64,000 nt of DNA from Dehalococcoidia bacterium (GTDB taxonomy: Bacteria; Chloroflexota; Dehalococcoidia; Lucifugimonadales; CBDFII01). Shown piece by piece: positions 38,725 through 49,030 of this stretch; the stretch's first letter is position 1; every line of letters starts with the position of its first letter. The DNA lies in assembly GCA_965248115.1 (NCBI GenBank), contig CBDFII010000005.1, positions 275,123 through 339,122 of the forward strand, in the 5' to 3' direction. The position numbers and the translations under genes were made by a program. The notes below the pieces were generated by a model. It had not been told where the DNA came from and ran no database searches. It saw only the letters and a list, made by a program, of their open reading frames with translations.

Positions 38725-39286
38725 TCTTCGCCAATCCCTCGTCTTTTAGTAAACCTCGTAGCTTTTCGATGCCCATGCGAAGCCGCCCTTTAACGGTGCC
38801 CAATTTAAGATTGATCAAATCGGCTATCTCGCGGTGGGTGTAGCCACCAAAATAGGCTAATTCAATTACCTTCCGCTGTCCCTCTGGAATTTGGGCAAGC
38901 GCCCTCTGGATGACCTGACTATCCAACGAACTGGCGACGGTATGCCAAACGTCTTCGGCTTCCGTGGCAAGATTATTGAAATTTGAAGGCTCAGCCAATA
39001 GTGGCTGTCCTCGGCGACGGCGCACGATGTCAATGGACCGATGGTGTACCATCGACAACAGCCAGGTGCGCACACTCCCCCGCTTGATGTCGAAGGACCA
39101 AACCTTGCGCCAGACATTTAGGAAGACTTCCTGCACGGCGTCTTCCGCATCAGTTCCATCTCCCAGAATTCGGTAGGAGAGGGAGTAGGCTAATGTTCCA
39201 TAGCGGTCATAAAAAAGTGCAAAGGCCTCCTCGTCCCTTGATACGATGCGCTGCAATAATATCTCGTCTGTAACTGATTCCATCAC
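38705..39286 (-). CDS. ECF sigma factor (SigK-like)
   Basis: DAEDAVQEVF, LAYFGGYTHREIA..GTVKGR; overlaps anti-sigma. Confidence 0.92.
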   Translation of the reverse strand: MMESVTDEILLQRIVSRDEEAFALFYDRYGTLAYSLSYRILGDGTDAEDAVQEVFLNVWRKVWSFDIKRGSVRTWLLSMVHHRSIDIVRRRRGQPLLAEPSNFNNLATEAEDVWHTVASSLDSQVIQRALAQIPEGQRKVIELAYFGGYTHREIADLINLKLGTVKGRLRMGIEKLRGLLKDEGLAKSDAESQ

Positions 39287-39425
39287 TTAGTACGGCTTAC
39301 TCGTGATATTAGATCATTACCATAATCATATTAAATCATAAGCGGCCGCCACAGATCATGCAACGACCACTCCAAAGTCTGCTGCTATTCTCTCACAGAT
39401 GGCTGTTTTGGGAATATGCTCCTCG

Positions 39426-40994
39426 CTATGTTGCCTCACTTTTCCTCTCTTGGGATACCACAATATGATGATCCCATTCTGGAGAACTTTTAGGGAAATC
39501 GGTTCGCCAGTGGGCACCCCTGCTCTCCTGGCGCATCAGTGCTGTCTCTACCATCAATCTCCCCACCAGCACCAGATTCCTTAGCTCGTAAGAGGGGCGG
39601 TCTGAGGGCTCGGGCAACTGACACTCCCAATAGGCTAGGCGGTGTGCTACCTCTTGGAGACCATCATCATTTCGCATAATCCCCGCATTCTCCCACAGCA
39701 CTTCCTGAAGGGCAGATAGACTTGCCGTAGGTGCTTCTTCCCATTCCGACCCTTGATACGTGGATAGTCTGGTGTGGACCTCCCTCCAGTCCAAGGCTTC
39801 CGATTCACCTGCTCCCTGAGTTCTTTGGACTACCAGCTTACCGAAGACCACGGTCTCCAGGAGGGAGTTGCTGGCAAGGCGATTGGCACCGTGGACACCC
39901 ACGCAGGCTACCTCGCCGCAGGCATACAAACCTGGGATAGAGGTTTCCCCCCATAGGGTGGTCTGAATACCGCCCATCATGTAGTGGGCCGCCGGGGCCA
40001 CAGGAATGGGGGTAGTGGTCATGTCCAGTCCATGATCTAGGCAGAAGCGATAGATGCTGGGAAAGCGGGCAGCCACCTGCTGAGAAGGCAGATGGGAGAT
40101 GTCCAGGAGAACGTGCTCGGCCCCAGTTCGGCGCATCTCCACCAGAATGGCACGAGCAACCACATCGCGAGGCGCCAGCTCCCGCTGGGGGTGATAGGCC
40201 TCCATAAAGGTCTCGCCACAGATATTGCGCAACACAGCTCCTTCCCCTCGCACCGCCTCAGAGATCAAGAAAGGAGTTGCACCTGCCAAACGAAGGGCAG
40301 TAGGGTGGAACTGATAGAACTCCATGTCAGCAATACGGGCCCCGGCTCGAAAGGCCAGCGCTACACCGTCTCCTGTGGCCACCTCAGAGTTGGTAGTGTA
40401 CTTGAAAAGCCTCCCTGCCCCTCCACTGGCCAGGATAATGAAGCGCCCATAGACATTCTGATAAACGCCCGTCCGAGTGTCTAGGGTTCGGACACCGATG
40501 GCCCGGCCACCCTCTGTAAGGATGTCGGTGGCCATGTAATACTCCCGTACCTGGACTGCCGACTGACTAATACTCTCCGCTAGGGTCAGCTCCGTGTATT
40601 TTCCAGTGGCATCACCACCAGCGTGGAGTACGCGAGGCACGCTATGGGCCCCCTCTCTCCCCAAAGCCACCTCCCCATGAGTAGTATCGAAGAGAACACC
40701 TATACGTATGAGGTCAGCGATACGGTCAGAGGCCTCCGAGGTGAGGATGTGCACCGCTTCTTTCTCACACAGTCCTGCGCCCGCTTTGATAGTATCCTCC
40801 ATATGCAGTTCGGGCGAGTCTCCCACTCCCACAGGGGCGGCGATACCACCCTGGGCGTGGAGAGTGTTACAGTCCTCAACGCTTCCTTTAGTGATAATGA
40901 GAACGCTTCCGTATTCTTGGGCCAGGAGTGCGGGGTATAGCCCTGCGATTCCACTACCGATGATTATGTAATCGTATTGCGGGTGTTGAGACAT
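39426..40994 (-). CDS. nadB: L-aspartate oxidase
   Basis: GSGIAG, AQGGIAA, EGAHS, QFHPT, HGANRLASNSLLE, ESRGAH. Confidence 0.96.
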   Translation of the reverse strand: MSQHPQYDYIIIGSGIAGLYPALLAQEYGSVLIITKGSVEDCNTLHAQGGIAAPVGVGDSPELHMEDTIKAGAGLCEKEAVHILTSEASDRIADLIRIGVLFDTTHGEVALGREGAHSVPRVLHAGGDATGKYTELTLAESISQSAVQVREYYMATDILTEGGRAIGVRTLDTRTGVYQNVYGRFIILASGGAGRLFKYTTNSEVATGDGVALAFRAGARIADMEFYQFHPTALRLAGATPFLISEAVRGEGAVLRNICGETFMEAYHPQRELAPRDVVARAILVEMRRTGAEHVLLDISHLPSQQVAARFPSIYRFCLDHGLDMTTTPIPVAPAAHYMMGGIQTTLWGETSIPGLYACGEVACVGVHGANRLASNSLLETVVFGKLVVQRTQGAGESEALDWREVHTRLSTYQGSEWEEAPTASLSALQEVLWENAGIMRNDDGLQEVAHRLAYWECQLPEPSDRPSYELRNLVLVGRLMVETALMRQESRGAHWRTDFPKSSPEWDHHIVVSQERKSEAT

Positions 40995-41290
40995 TTAATT
41001 TCCTGTCAGAGTCCAGGGGTGTAACGAGAAGAATCTAAACACCAGTCAAGTAGAGAACGTGCCAGCCGGAATCTTGCACCTCTTGGCAGGATAACTCAGA
41101 TGCGCAGGGTGGCGCCCCCGTCCACGGGCACGATGGCCCCAGCGTTGTTCACCAGGATGTCTACCCTGCCAAAACGGCTTACCGTCTCCTTCACCAGGGT
41201 GCTCACCCCCTCTACAGAGTTCAGACCTGCGGCCACCTGCAAAACCTCCACGCCGGTTTTTTCATTACGGAATGTCTTAGTTTACGGTAG

Positions 41291-41319
41291 TTGACAAACC
41301 CCAAAAGATATGCTACCAT
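41291..41319 (+). promoter_or_regulatory. Promoter directly inside the left TIR
   Basis: TTGACA-17 nt-TACCAT with TG extension. Confidence 0.65.
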
Positions 41320-41347
41320 ATATCTATCCTAGATTGTGGTAGGTGCC

Positions 41348-42232
41348 ATGAACATCGTTTCGATCTATCGCCAATGGCCTACTGAGGGTGATTGCGTGGC
41401 CCATTTGGAGCAAGTCCGTTGGGGTTCCAAGCCAACATGCCCATATTGCCAAGCTGGACAGTCCACGCCAATTCCCAATGAGCGCCGCCATCACTGTAAC
41501 GCCTGCAACACTACCTTTAGCGTAACAGTCCGCACAATCTTTCACCAGTCCCATACCCCACTGCAAAAGTGGTTTCTGGCAGTCGCCATTGTCCTGAACG
41601 CCAAGAAAGGCATTGCTGCCCGCCAGCTTGCTCGTGACCTTGAGGTGAATAAGAATACTGCCTGGCGAATGGCGATGAAGATTCGAGATGCCATGAATGA
41701 GTCTGACCAGCGCATTATCTTGAGCGGGCTTGTCGAAATGGATGAGACTTTTATTGGAGGCAAACCCCGCCCCGGAAGTGGGGGAGAATCGCCAAAGCGT
41801 GGACGTGGCACTAAAAAAACCCCCGTAGTTGGCATGGTAGAGCGTGGTGGCCGTGTAAAGGCTGGTATAGCAAAGAAAGATTCCTTGACTGCTCCCAAAC
41901 TCTCTGCCTTGGTGCGAAGGAACGTTGACATCGCCAACTCAATCCTCATCACAGATGAATACAAAGGCTACCTTGGAATCAAGTCATTTATGACCCATGA
42001 GACGGTTGTCCACTCGGACTGGTACGTTGACGGCTTCCGGCACACGAATAATGTTGAATCCTTCTGGGCATTGCTCAAGAGGGGCATCATTGGCCAGTAC
42101 CACAAGGTCAGTCTCCGCTATCTGCCGAGGTACATTGACGAGTTCTGCTATCGCCATAACCATCGCAAGGCTGAGGATTTGTTCGGACTAACACTGGACC
42201 GGAGCGCCGGAATCAACTCTACAAAGCTGTAA
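41348..42232 (+). CDS. IS1595 family transposase (Zn ribbon + ISXO2-like DDE)
   Basis: CPYC..CNAC, VEMDETFIGG, ITDEYKGY, HTNNVESFW, YIDEFCYRHN. Confidence 0.94.
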   Translation: MNIVSIYRQWPTEGDCVAHLEQVRWGSKPTCPYCQAGQSTPIPNERRHHCNACNTTFSVTVRTIFHQSHTPLQKWFLAVAIVLNAKKGIAARQLARDLEVNKNTAWRMAMKIRDAMNESDQRIILSGLVEMDETFIGGKPRPGSGGESPKRGRGTKKTPVVGMVERGGRVKAGIAKKDSLTAPKLSALVRRNVDIANSILITDEYKGYLGIKSFMTHETVVHSDWYVDGFRHTNNVESFWALLKRGIIGQYHKVSLRYLPRYIDEFCYRHNHRKAEDLFGLTLDRSAGINSTKL

Positions 42233-42242
42233 GAGGTGTGAC

Positions 42243-43121
42243 ATGACAGAGCCAGTACCAAAGGCAACGCATCGTGGGATTCTCCGGATCGGCGAGATGG
42301 AGATTCCCTGCTTCGTACTGGAAAATGGTACAAGAGTCATCTCCGGCCGTGGCATGACAAAGGCAATCGGGATGAGAGGACGTGGCCAAGGCGTTGAACG
42401 TGTAGCCACGCATCCCGCCCTCAAACCGTATCTAGGCGACAAACTTTCAGTGGCCATCAGAGACCCTATTCGTTTCGTGGGAACAACCTCTCGAAAAAGC
42501 AACCCGACGTCTGGTTACGAAGCGACAATCCTTCAAGAATTGTGTGATGCCATTCTGACTGCGGACGAGGCTGGCGTTCTGAAAACTGAGCAAGAACGGC
42601 GCTATGCTAAGTTTAGCTATGTCCTCATTCGTGCTCTCGCACGAGTCGGTATCATTGCCCTTGTCGATGAAGCGACGGGCTACCAGGAGGTACGGTCACG
42701 TCGTGCCCTTGAGGAAATCCTGGAACGGTATATCTCAAATGAACTCCTAGCATGGGCAAAGACCTTCCCAGACGCCTTCTACAAAGAGATGTTCAGGCTT
42801 CGGCATTGGAGGTACACTCCTTTCAGCGTGGCTCGACCTAGCTATGTCGGCACCTTAACCAACGATGTCGTGTATGCTCGTCTAGCACCTGGAGTCCTCG
42901 AGGAACTTCGTCGCATCACACCGAAAGACTCAAAAGGCCGACGAAAGCACAAATTCCATCAGCGCCTCACCGAAGATGTAGGCCATCCACGACTTAGGGA
43001 ACACCTTGAGGCCACTACCGCTTTGATGAGGGCCTCGAATGACTGGAATGGATTCAATCGGCTTCTCCAACGGGCATACCCAAAGGTCAATACCAATCTT
43101 GAACTACCACTTGAGGAATAG
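42243..43121 (+). CDS. P63C domain protein (IS passenger)
   Basis: IPCFVLENGTRV, ARVGIIALVDEATGYQ, WAKTFPDAFY, KFHQRLT..GHP. Confidence 0.88.
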   Translation: MTEPVPKATHRGILRIGEMEIPCFVLENGTRVISGRGMTKAIGMRGRGQGVERVATHPALKPYLGDKLSVAIRDPIRFVGTTSRKSNPTSGYEATILQELCDAILTADEAGVLKTEQERRYAKFSYVLIRALARVGIIALVDEATGYQEVRSRRALEEILERYISNELLAWAKTFPDAFYKEMFRLRHWRYTPFSVARPSYVGTLTNDVVYARLAPGVLEELRRITPKDSKGRRKHKFHQRLTEDVGHPRLREHLEATTALMRASNDWNGFNRLLQRAYPKVNTNLELPLEE

Positions 43122-43133
43122 CTAAGGAGTAAA

Positions 43134-43358
43134 ATGCAAGCTACTGAGCAGAACTGGCCCGACTGGTTTAGCGATGTTATTAAGGACGCCGACGGACTGC
43201 TACGCACTTTTTTCGAGATAATGGCTCCACGTTACCAGCGCACCATCATGTTAATTCTAGAGCCAGAGCAGAAAGCAGGAGCGTCTCATCAAAGCCTTGT
43301 AGCTCGGTTCAATGAAAAGGTCCAAAAATATAAGGATGCGGGCATTTGGAGTGAATGA
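43134..43358 (+). CDS. Small hypothetical protein (IS passenger)
   Basis: TAAGGAG RBS, 74 aa, ends just before the right TIR. Confidence 0.55.
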   Translation: MQATEQNWPDWFSDVIKDADGLLRTFFEIMAPRYQRTIMLILEPEQKAGASHQSLVARFNEKVQKYKDAGIWSE

Positions 43359-43433
43359 AAGATAGCTACCGTAAACTAAGGCATTCCGTTTCATTAATGC
43401 CCACCGCCACCTGCTCCAGCAGCTCTTGGATTT

Positions 43434-44585
43434 CTACCGCAGAGGCCGGAAAAAGGCGCGTATATCCTCGACAAGTAGCTCGGGCTCTTCCAGAGCGGGA
43501 AAGTGGCCCCCTCTGGGCATCTCCGTCCAGCGTTGCACGTTGTAGGAGCGCTCGGCCCACTCCCGGGGTGGGAAGCTACTCTCTTGTGGAAAGAGGGCCA
43601 CAGCACAGGGTACCCGAATCCGTTCCCCATCATTAAAGCTCCAAGGGCTGTGGAAGTGCTCGTAGTAGACGTAGAAGGAAGAGTAGATGGTCTGGGTTAC
43701 CCAGTAGATGGTAACGTTGGTGAGAAGCTCATCCTTAGTGAAGCGCCGTTCCACATCGCCATGACAGTCGCTCCAGGTGCGAAACTTCTCAACAATCCAT
43801 GCCGCCAGACCTGCCGGTGAGTCGTTTAGGCCATAGGAGAGTGTCTGGGGCTTGCTCCCCTGGATATGGGTGTATCCACCTTCGGCCTGCTGCCAGCCCT
43901 CCCGATCCGCAAGCATAGCCTGCTCCGTTTTCGATAGATCACGAGCCCCCGCGCCCAAGTAAGGGGAGGCCCCAGAAGCCGAGGTCACGTGAACACCCAC
44001 CATTTGGTCGGGGTAAGCGAAACCGAGACGTGCGCTGATAACAGCCCCCCAGTCGCTGCCATGGGCGCCAAAGCGCTGGTAGCCCAGTCCTTCCGTCATT
44101 AGCTGTGCCCATAGATCCGCTGTCCTGGAGATGCCCACTCCCTGCTGTGTAGGCCTGTCCGAAAACCCGTACCCTGGCATAGAGGGTACAACCACGTCGA
44201 AAGAGTCCGCCGGGTCTCCACCGTGGCTTGCAGGGTCGGTAAGGAGAGGTATGATCTTTAGCATCTCCGAAAAGGAGCTGGGCCATCCGTGGGTGACGAT
44301 CAGTGGCAGGGCGTTGGAACCCCTCCCACGTTCGTGGATAAAATGGATGCCAAGTCCATCTATGTTGGCGCGAAAGTTGGCGAAGGAGTTGATAGCCTCC
44401 TCCTGAGCCCGCCATTCAAACTGTGTCCGCCAGTAATCTACCAGCTCCTTGATATATGCCAGGTTGGAGCCATAGTCCCAGCCTGAATCTAGAATCTCAT
44501 CGGGCCAGCGGGTGCGGGCCAGGCGGTCTTTCAGGTCTTGGAGGGTCGCTTCTGGGATTTGCACTTTGAAGGGTTTTACATCCAT
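43434..44585 (-). CDS. Epoxide hydrolase (EHN + alpha/beta hydrolase)
   Basis: HGWPSS, GSDWG nucleophile, GGHFPALE. Confidence 0.93.
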   Translation of the reverse strand: MDVKPFKVQIPEATLQDLKDRLARTRWPDEILDSGWDYGSNLAYIKELVDYWRTQFEWRAQEEAINSFANFRANIDGLGIHFIHERGRGSNALPLIVTHGWPSSFSEMLKIIPLLTDPASHGGDPADSFDVVVPSMPGYGFSDRPTQQGVGISRTADLWAQLMTEGLGYQRFGAHGSDWGAVISARLGFAYPDQMVGVHVTSASGASPYLGAGARDLSKTEQAMLADREGWQQAEGGYTHIQGSKPQTLSYGLNDSPAGLAAWIVEKFRTWSDCHGDVERRFTKDELLTNVTIYWVTQTIYSSFYVYYEHFHSPWSFNDGERIRVPCAVALFPQESSFPPREWAERSYNVQRWTEMPRGGHFPALEEPELLVEDIRAFFRPLR

Positions 44586-44804
44586 TGTGATCTTCTCTTC
44601 CTACGATGTGTCTTGCTGTCAGTGGCAGTAGTATAGCACAGCATATTGTCCTAAGGAGAATCCTTCCAGTGGCAACGTCCTCTGGAGAGCCTCGCTTACG
44701 CGATTACCGTAATTACCGAAGAGAACTTCTCTAATCCGGGTGTTATCCAAACCTGTATAGGGAAATGCTACCTTAAACGAGAGAGTCTCGCCTGGCCCAG
44801 AGGC

Positions 44805-44833
44805 TTGACACAGGAGATTAGTAAAGATAGGCT
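44805..44833 (+). promoter_or_regulatory. Sigma70-type promoter
   Basis: TTGACA-17 nt-TAGGCT upstream of the ABM gene. Confidence 0.5.
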
Positions 44834-44946
44834 GCCCACATCTGATTGCCGCTTTTATTCCCTGGGGACCTATTACAAACGCAGCCAGGTCAGACTAAAA
44901 AGAAGGGGCTTTTTCAGCGGCGAATACGGTTTGGAGAGGAGCAACC

Positions 44947-45246
44947 GTGTTTTTGGTCATAAGTCAATCGAAGCTCAAGCCGAACACATGGGGAAAATTC
45001 CGCGAAATTAACACTGAAAAGTTGACGATGGCTATGAAAGATGTGAAGGGTTTGATTAGCCGCCACATAGCGAGGGGGACAGAGAACTCCAGTGAGGTTG
45101 TTACTCTCTCCTTCTGGGATTCGAAGGAGTCCTGGCTAGAGTGGTTTGGAAGTGAACTTCGAGAAGAGGCTATTAGACCCGCGGATGATCTTTTAACAGG
45201 GGATCTATGGCTCAGATACTATGACGTAGAGTTTTCCTCGCCTTAG
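44947..45246 (+). CDS. Antibiotic biosynthesis monooxygenase (ABM)-like protein
   Basis: GGAGAGGAG RBS; KGLIS..VTLSFWDSKES pattern. Confidence 0.75.
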   Translation: MFLVISQSKLKPNTWGKFREINTEKLTMAMKDVKGLISRHIARGTENSSEVVTLSFWDSKESWLEWFGSELREEAIRPADDLLTGDLWLRYYDVEFSSP

Positions 45247-45467
45247 GCGTCAGCAGCGCTCACCCAATCAGATCACTTAACTCATCTCTTTTCTTGATGA
45301 TCTCTCACAACTACTACAGATGAGAGGGATCTAATGGGCACATTTCAGTTCGATTCTAAGACCAATCTATCCTGAAAATGTCTGGAAGCCGTGGAAAATG
45401 TTGCGGCTTGATGGGCTGAAAAATCCCGAAACAATCTGTGACTTCGCTGCTGTGATGTCTAAGAAGC

Positions 45468-46076
45468 TTAAGAAGGTAGCTCCGTGAAGCGTGCCTCGAG
45501 GGATGTCAGCAAGTTGCACTCGTTAGGAGTCAGAACTCGAGCCATCCAGTCTATTATCCAGCGAGGGTCTTCAGAATCCTCGTCTATTAGCAGACGCTTG
45601 GCAAATTGCACCTGTTCCAGTTCGGTCATCCGCTCACGGACCAGGGGTAGGACAAACGCCTCCTCCTCTTCCAGATGATCGTTTTGGGCGATGCGCAACA
45701 TAATTGTATTTCCGGTCAGGTGACGTTTGGTTCGATAAACCAGGGAGGTTCTCCCAATCTCCTCATTCAGGCACGTCAAGACTGCTTCCAGCCTCTCCTC
45801 CAACCTTCTGTGCCCCTCCTCATTGTCCCTAGCTTCCTTGAAATCTGCCAGAGAGGGTGTCATGTAGTTGTCTTCCTGTTCGGCATGGTAGGCTAGGACC
45901 GATGCCCAGAAGTCGAAGGCTGCCCTAAAGGGCTGGAAGCTGCCGCCTATCTCCAACTGCTCGGATATCTCTACTACCCGGACTGCCTCGGTCCTAAAAG
46001 CCTTGTGAATCAGGTACATGACGTCTATTGGACTGTCAAATTTAGTGGACTCCGACCAAATATCGCTGGAGCGCAA
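45468..46076 (-). CDS. Hemerythrin/HHE domain protein
   Basis: IHKAFR, HAEQED, GH, HLEEEE metal-ligand pattern. Confidence 0.8.
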   Translation of the reverse strand: MRSSDIWSESTKFDSPIDVMYLIHKAFRTEAVRVVEISEQLEIGGSFQPFRAAFDFWASVLAYHAEQEDNYMTPSLADFKEARDNEEGHRRLEERLEAVLTCLNEEIGRTSLVYRTKRHLTGNTIMLRIAQNDHLEEEEAFVLPLVRERMTELEQVQFAKRLLIDEDSEDPRWIIDWMARVLTPNECNLLTSLEARFTELPS

Positions 46077-46256
46077 CGGAAACCTCCTTGCCTACCGACA
46101 TACCGTATGACACAGCTAGGCAACTCTGCCATCCGGCGACATATCCAGCTTAGAGTGTACCTTGAGAAGCAGCGGACGTCAAGAATATCAGGAACAGGGC
46201 TTTACAGTAAAGCTTTGGATCGCCAAAGGTACGTATCGTGGCGTACTGGGGAACCC

Positions 46257-46520
46257 TTAATTGCGCCGTAGCAAAACCTGGAACTCCAGCCATCCGATGT
46301 TTCTCTCCTGGCGGATGCAGACTACGGCATACTCCACGGCCATGCGGGCGAATCCGGGGTATTTAAGAACCCCAGATCCTAATGTCACCCAAGGTACGGG
46401 GCCGGACAGCTCAACGGCAAGTTGGGATTCCTCTGTCTGGCTGATATCGAGCTGGATATCCTTCCCGGTCAGCCGCTCGATCTTTTCCCTTATGCGGTAC
46501 TGAAACTCTTGATCGTCCAT
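46257..46520 (-). CDS. Hypothetical protein
   Basis: 87-aa ORF co-oriented downstream of the SDR gene. Confidence 0.55.
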   Translation of the reverse strand: MDDQEFQYRIREKIERLTGKDIQLDISQTEESQLAVELSGPVPWVTLGSGVLKYPGFARMAVEYAVVCIRQERNIGWLEFQVLLRRN

Positions 46521-46574
46521 GACAGGTGTCCCGAAGGAATTTTTCTCGCTCTAACCATCCTCGGCCGTTCCTGT

Positions 46575-47522
46575 TTACCCCACTCCCTCATACCATTTGT
46601 ACTTGGCATCGCCTGTGCCCGGCTGGGAGAGCTCGGCGCCTACAGTATGCGGGAAATGTTCTCGAAGATCTTCGAATGACCAACCATCGGGCCTGAACGC
46701 CAATCGCCACTCCGGCTGATGCATGAGCGCCAAGGTATCGCCAGACAGAAATATAACCTGGCCGGTGATCCAGCGGCTCTCATCACTGGCCAGATAGACC
46801 ACTAGCGGCGCAACCGTCTCTCCCCTGGGTGCCCCGCTGCTGGCCTGCTGTTTGCTGGTTTCCTCCATGGTGCCTGGCTGCGGGGAGCCCGCCATTGTAG
46901 GCTCTTTACGCCACTCAATACGCATGGTGGGCTTGGTGAGGTCGGGGTCCTCGCGAGAATCCAGGGCACGGGGGCTGAGGCAGTTCACTCGTACGCCGTA
47001 ATCCGCCAGCTCCAGCGCCCAAGTCCAGGTAGCCCCCACAATTCCGGCCTTCACAGCAGCATAGGGAGACATACCCGGATGCCCCTGGAAGGCACGAGAT
47101 GTAATGGTGATTATACTGCCACTGCGTTGTTTTACCATGCGCTGAGCCGCATGGTGAGTCACGGCAAAGTGCCCTTTGAGATGCACCGCAGCGGTCACGT
47201 CCAGCCCCTCCTCCGTCATCTCCCAAATAGGAAGTCGTCGGAACTGCTGGGCCCCGTTCACCAAGCAATCTATACGCCCAAAAGCGTCGCAGCAGGCATC
47301 GACGATGCGGCCGGCACTGCCCCACTCCGCCACACTGTCGGTGTTACCTATTGCCTCTCCCCCCGCTGCCTTTATCTCCGCCACCACTCGGTCCACTCCT
47401 TGGGCGTTAATGTCGCTGACCAGCACACGGGCCCCCTCTTTGGCCAGCGCCTTGGCGAAGGCCGAGCTCAAAGGGCCAGCGGCGCCGATTACCACAGTGG
47501 CTTTGCCTTCAAGTACTCCCAT
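46575..47522 (-). CDS. SDR family oxidoreductase
   Basis: Atypical GAAGPLS Rossmann motif, YAAVK, GVRVN, WITGQ. Confidence 0.88.
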   Translation of the reverse strand: MGVLEGKATVVIGAAGPLSSAFAKALAKEGARVLVSDINAQGVDRVVAEIKAAGGEAIGNTDSVAEWGSAGRIVDACCDAFGRIDCLVNGAQQFRRLPIWEMTEEGLDVTAAVHLKGHFAVTHHAAQRMVKQRSGSIITITSRAFQGHPGMSPYAAVKAGIVGATWTWALELADYGVRVNCLSPRALDSREDPDLTKPTMRIEWRKEPTMAGSPQPGTMEETSKQQASSGAPRGETVAPLVVYLASDESRWITGQVIFLSGDTLALMHQPEWRLAFRPDGWSFEDLREHFPHTVGAELSQPGTGDAKYKWYEGVG

Positions 47523-47711
47523 AAAAGCCTCCCTGTGTGATGGAATTCTTGCCCAAGAGGAAAAGTCGCTCCCTCGAAGAGGAGCATTATCGGGAAATTC
47601 TCACATTAGGCCACGGCAGGTGTCGCGGGACTAATTTTTGCAAAGACAGCCTATGCTTGCCAATATGCCCTGTCAAGGCCCCAAGAAACGGGCAGAACAA
47701 GTTGTATTCAT

Positions 47712-48752
47712 TTACAGTGGCAGCGAAACAGCCCGGCCAGTCTCGGCGCTGCGAGCGACGGCCTCAGTGAACTCCATGTATTGGACTCCAACCTCAAAGG
47801 GAGTCAGGGTCACCTGCTCCTTCCCCCGTATGGCGTTGATGAACTCCTCCTCCACCCGCCAGGCCCCTTGCTTGTCTGACGGAATAAGTATCTCCGTCAG
47901 GTTCTTTTCACCTCTTCTGGCCCTATGAAGGGTCATCGCGGTCGCATCCAGTCGTAGAGTACCCTGGTCACCAAAGAGCCACACCTCATTATCGGGGGCC
48001 ATACCTGCGACAGCACTAAAGCGCAAGTGGGCCCGGGCACCACAGGCCATCTCGCAAAGGATGTCCGCATGGTCGGGTACCGTTACTGACCGAAAGCTAC
48101 CACTAGCATCGCGTCGCTTCGGCACCCACACTTTAGTCATGGCCAGAACCCTAGTGGCGGAGCCCACCCATCGCATCAGCGATTCGTACCAGATCCCCAT
48201 TGTGAGGGTATTGTACCCGCTTAACTCTTGGTCCTGTCGCCAATTGAGGGGACCCTCGTAATCTACAAACTCCTTCCCAGTGGCTCGCAGCTCAATAACC
48301 AGCAAACCACCGAGGTAACCTTCGGCAATAAGCTGCTGAATAGTGCTGTCCACCTTGAAAGTGAAGGGCGAAGGAACTAGCTGGGCCACCAGATGGGGTC
48401 GGCTGCGAGCGGCCTCCAGCATGACGTGGGCCTCTTTGGCGTTGAGAGCCATTCGAGCCTCGCATAGCACGTGTTTATCGTTCTCCAACGCGGCCAAGGT
48501 AACAGGGCAGTGCATATAAGGCCAGGTTCCGATGCAGATGGCATCGGTGTCATTTGCCTTGACCAGCTCCAGCCAGTTGTCGTACACCTTTGGGATGTTG
48601 AACTCGTCGGCCACTCGCAGGCTGGACTCGCGGCTACGATTGCAGACGCTGATTATCTCCACCCCATCGTTGGCCCTTAGTCCAGGGATATGGCGCAGTC
48701 GGGTGTTGTTGCCCGCGCCGACTATGCCCACTCGAATGGTCCCCTCGCTCAT
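47712..48752 (-). CDS. Gfo/Idh/MocA family oxidoreductase
   Basis: VGIVGAG, KHVLCEARMA; start MSEG at 48752. Confidence 0.9.
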   Translation of the reverse strand: MSEGTIRVGIVGAGNNTRLRHIPGLRANDGVEIISVCNRSRESSLRVADEFNIPKVYDNWLELVKANDTDAICIGTWPYMHCPVTLAALENDKHVLCEARMALNAKEAHVMLEAARSRPHLVAQLVPSPFTFKVDSTIQQLIAEGYLGGLLVIELRATGKEFVDYEGPLNWRQDQELSGYNTLTMGIWYESLMRWVGSATRVLAMTKVWVPKRRDASGSFRSVTVPDHADILCEMACGARAHLRFSAVAGMAPDNEVWLFGDQGTLRLDATAMTLHRARRGEKNLTEILIPSDKQGAWRVEEEFINAIRGKEQVTLTPFEVGVQYMEFTEAVARSAETGRAVSLPL

Positions 48753-49030
48753 TATTCTCCCTTCTAGCAAGCCCCATTTCGACATTAATGCAGGAGCACA
48801 CGATCAGCTCAGTGCCAGAAACGCGGTTTCGATTATAGGCTGGGCTCAGAGGCCAGTCCAGATGTGCTTGCGTGGGAGAAGGTCAGAACTCAGCGGATCT
48901 CCAACTCGGTTTAGTTCTGTGACCACAACGGCATAACATTGAGCTGCTTGATACTTAACGGCTGACCACTCACTCCTTTTGTCCATTTGGAGTGTACCAG
49001 GAAAGGAGCCCGTTTGTAGGATGTGGTGCC

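Larger units (their letters stand above)
41268..43388 (+). mobile_element. IS1595-family element with passenger genes (2121 bp)
   Basis: 23-bp TIRs CGGAATGTCTTAGTTTACGGTAG / CTACCGTAAACTAAGGCATTCCG (1 mismatch); 8-bp target duplication TTTCATTA at 41260-41267 and 43389-43396. Confidence 0.93.
41096..43445 (-). pseudogene. SDR oxidoreductase remnant interrupted by the IS1595 element
   Basis: Joined flanks read QELLEQVAVGINEKTGVEVLQVAAGL..RFGRVDILVNNAGAIVPVDGGATLRI*. Confidence 0.7.
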
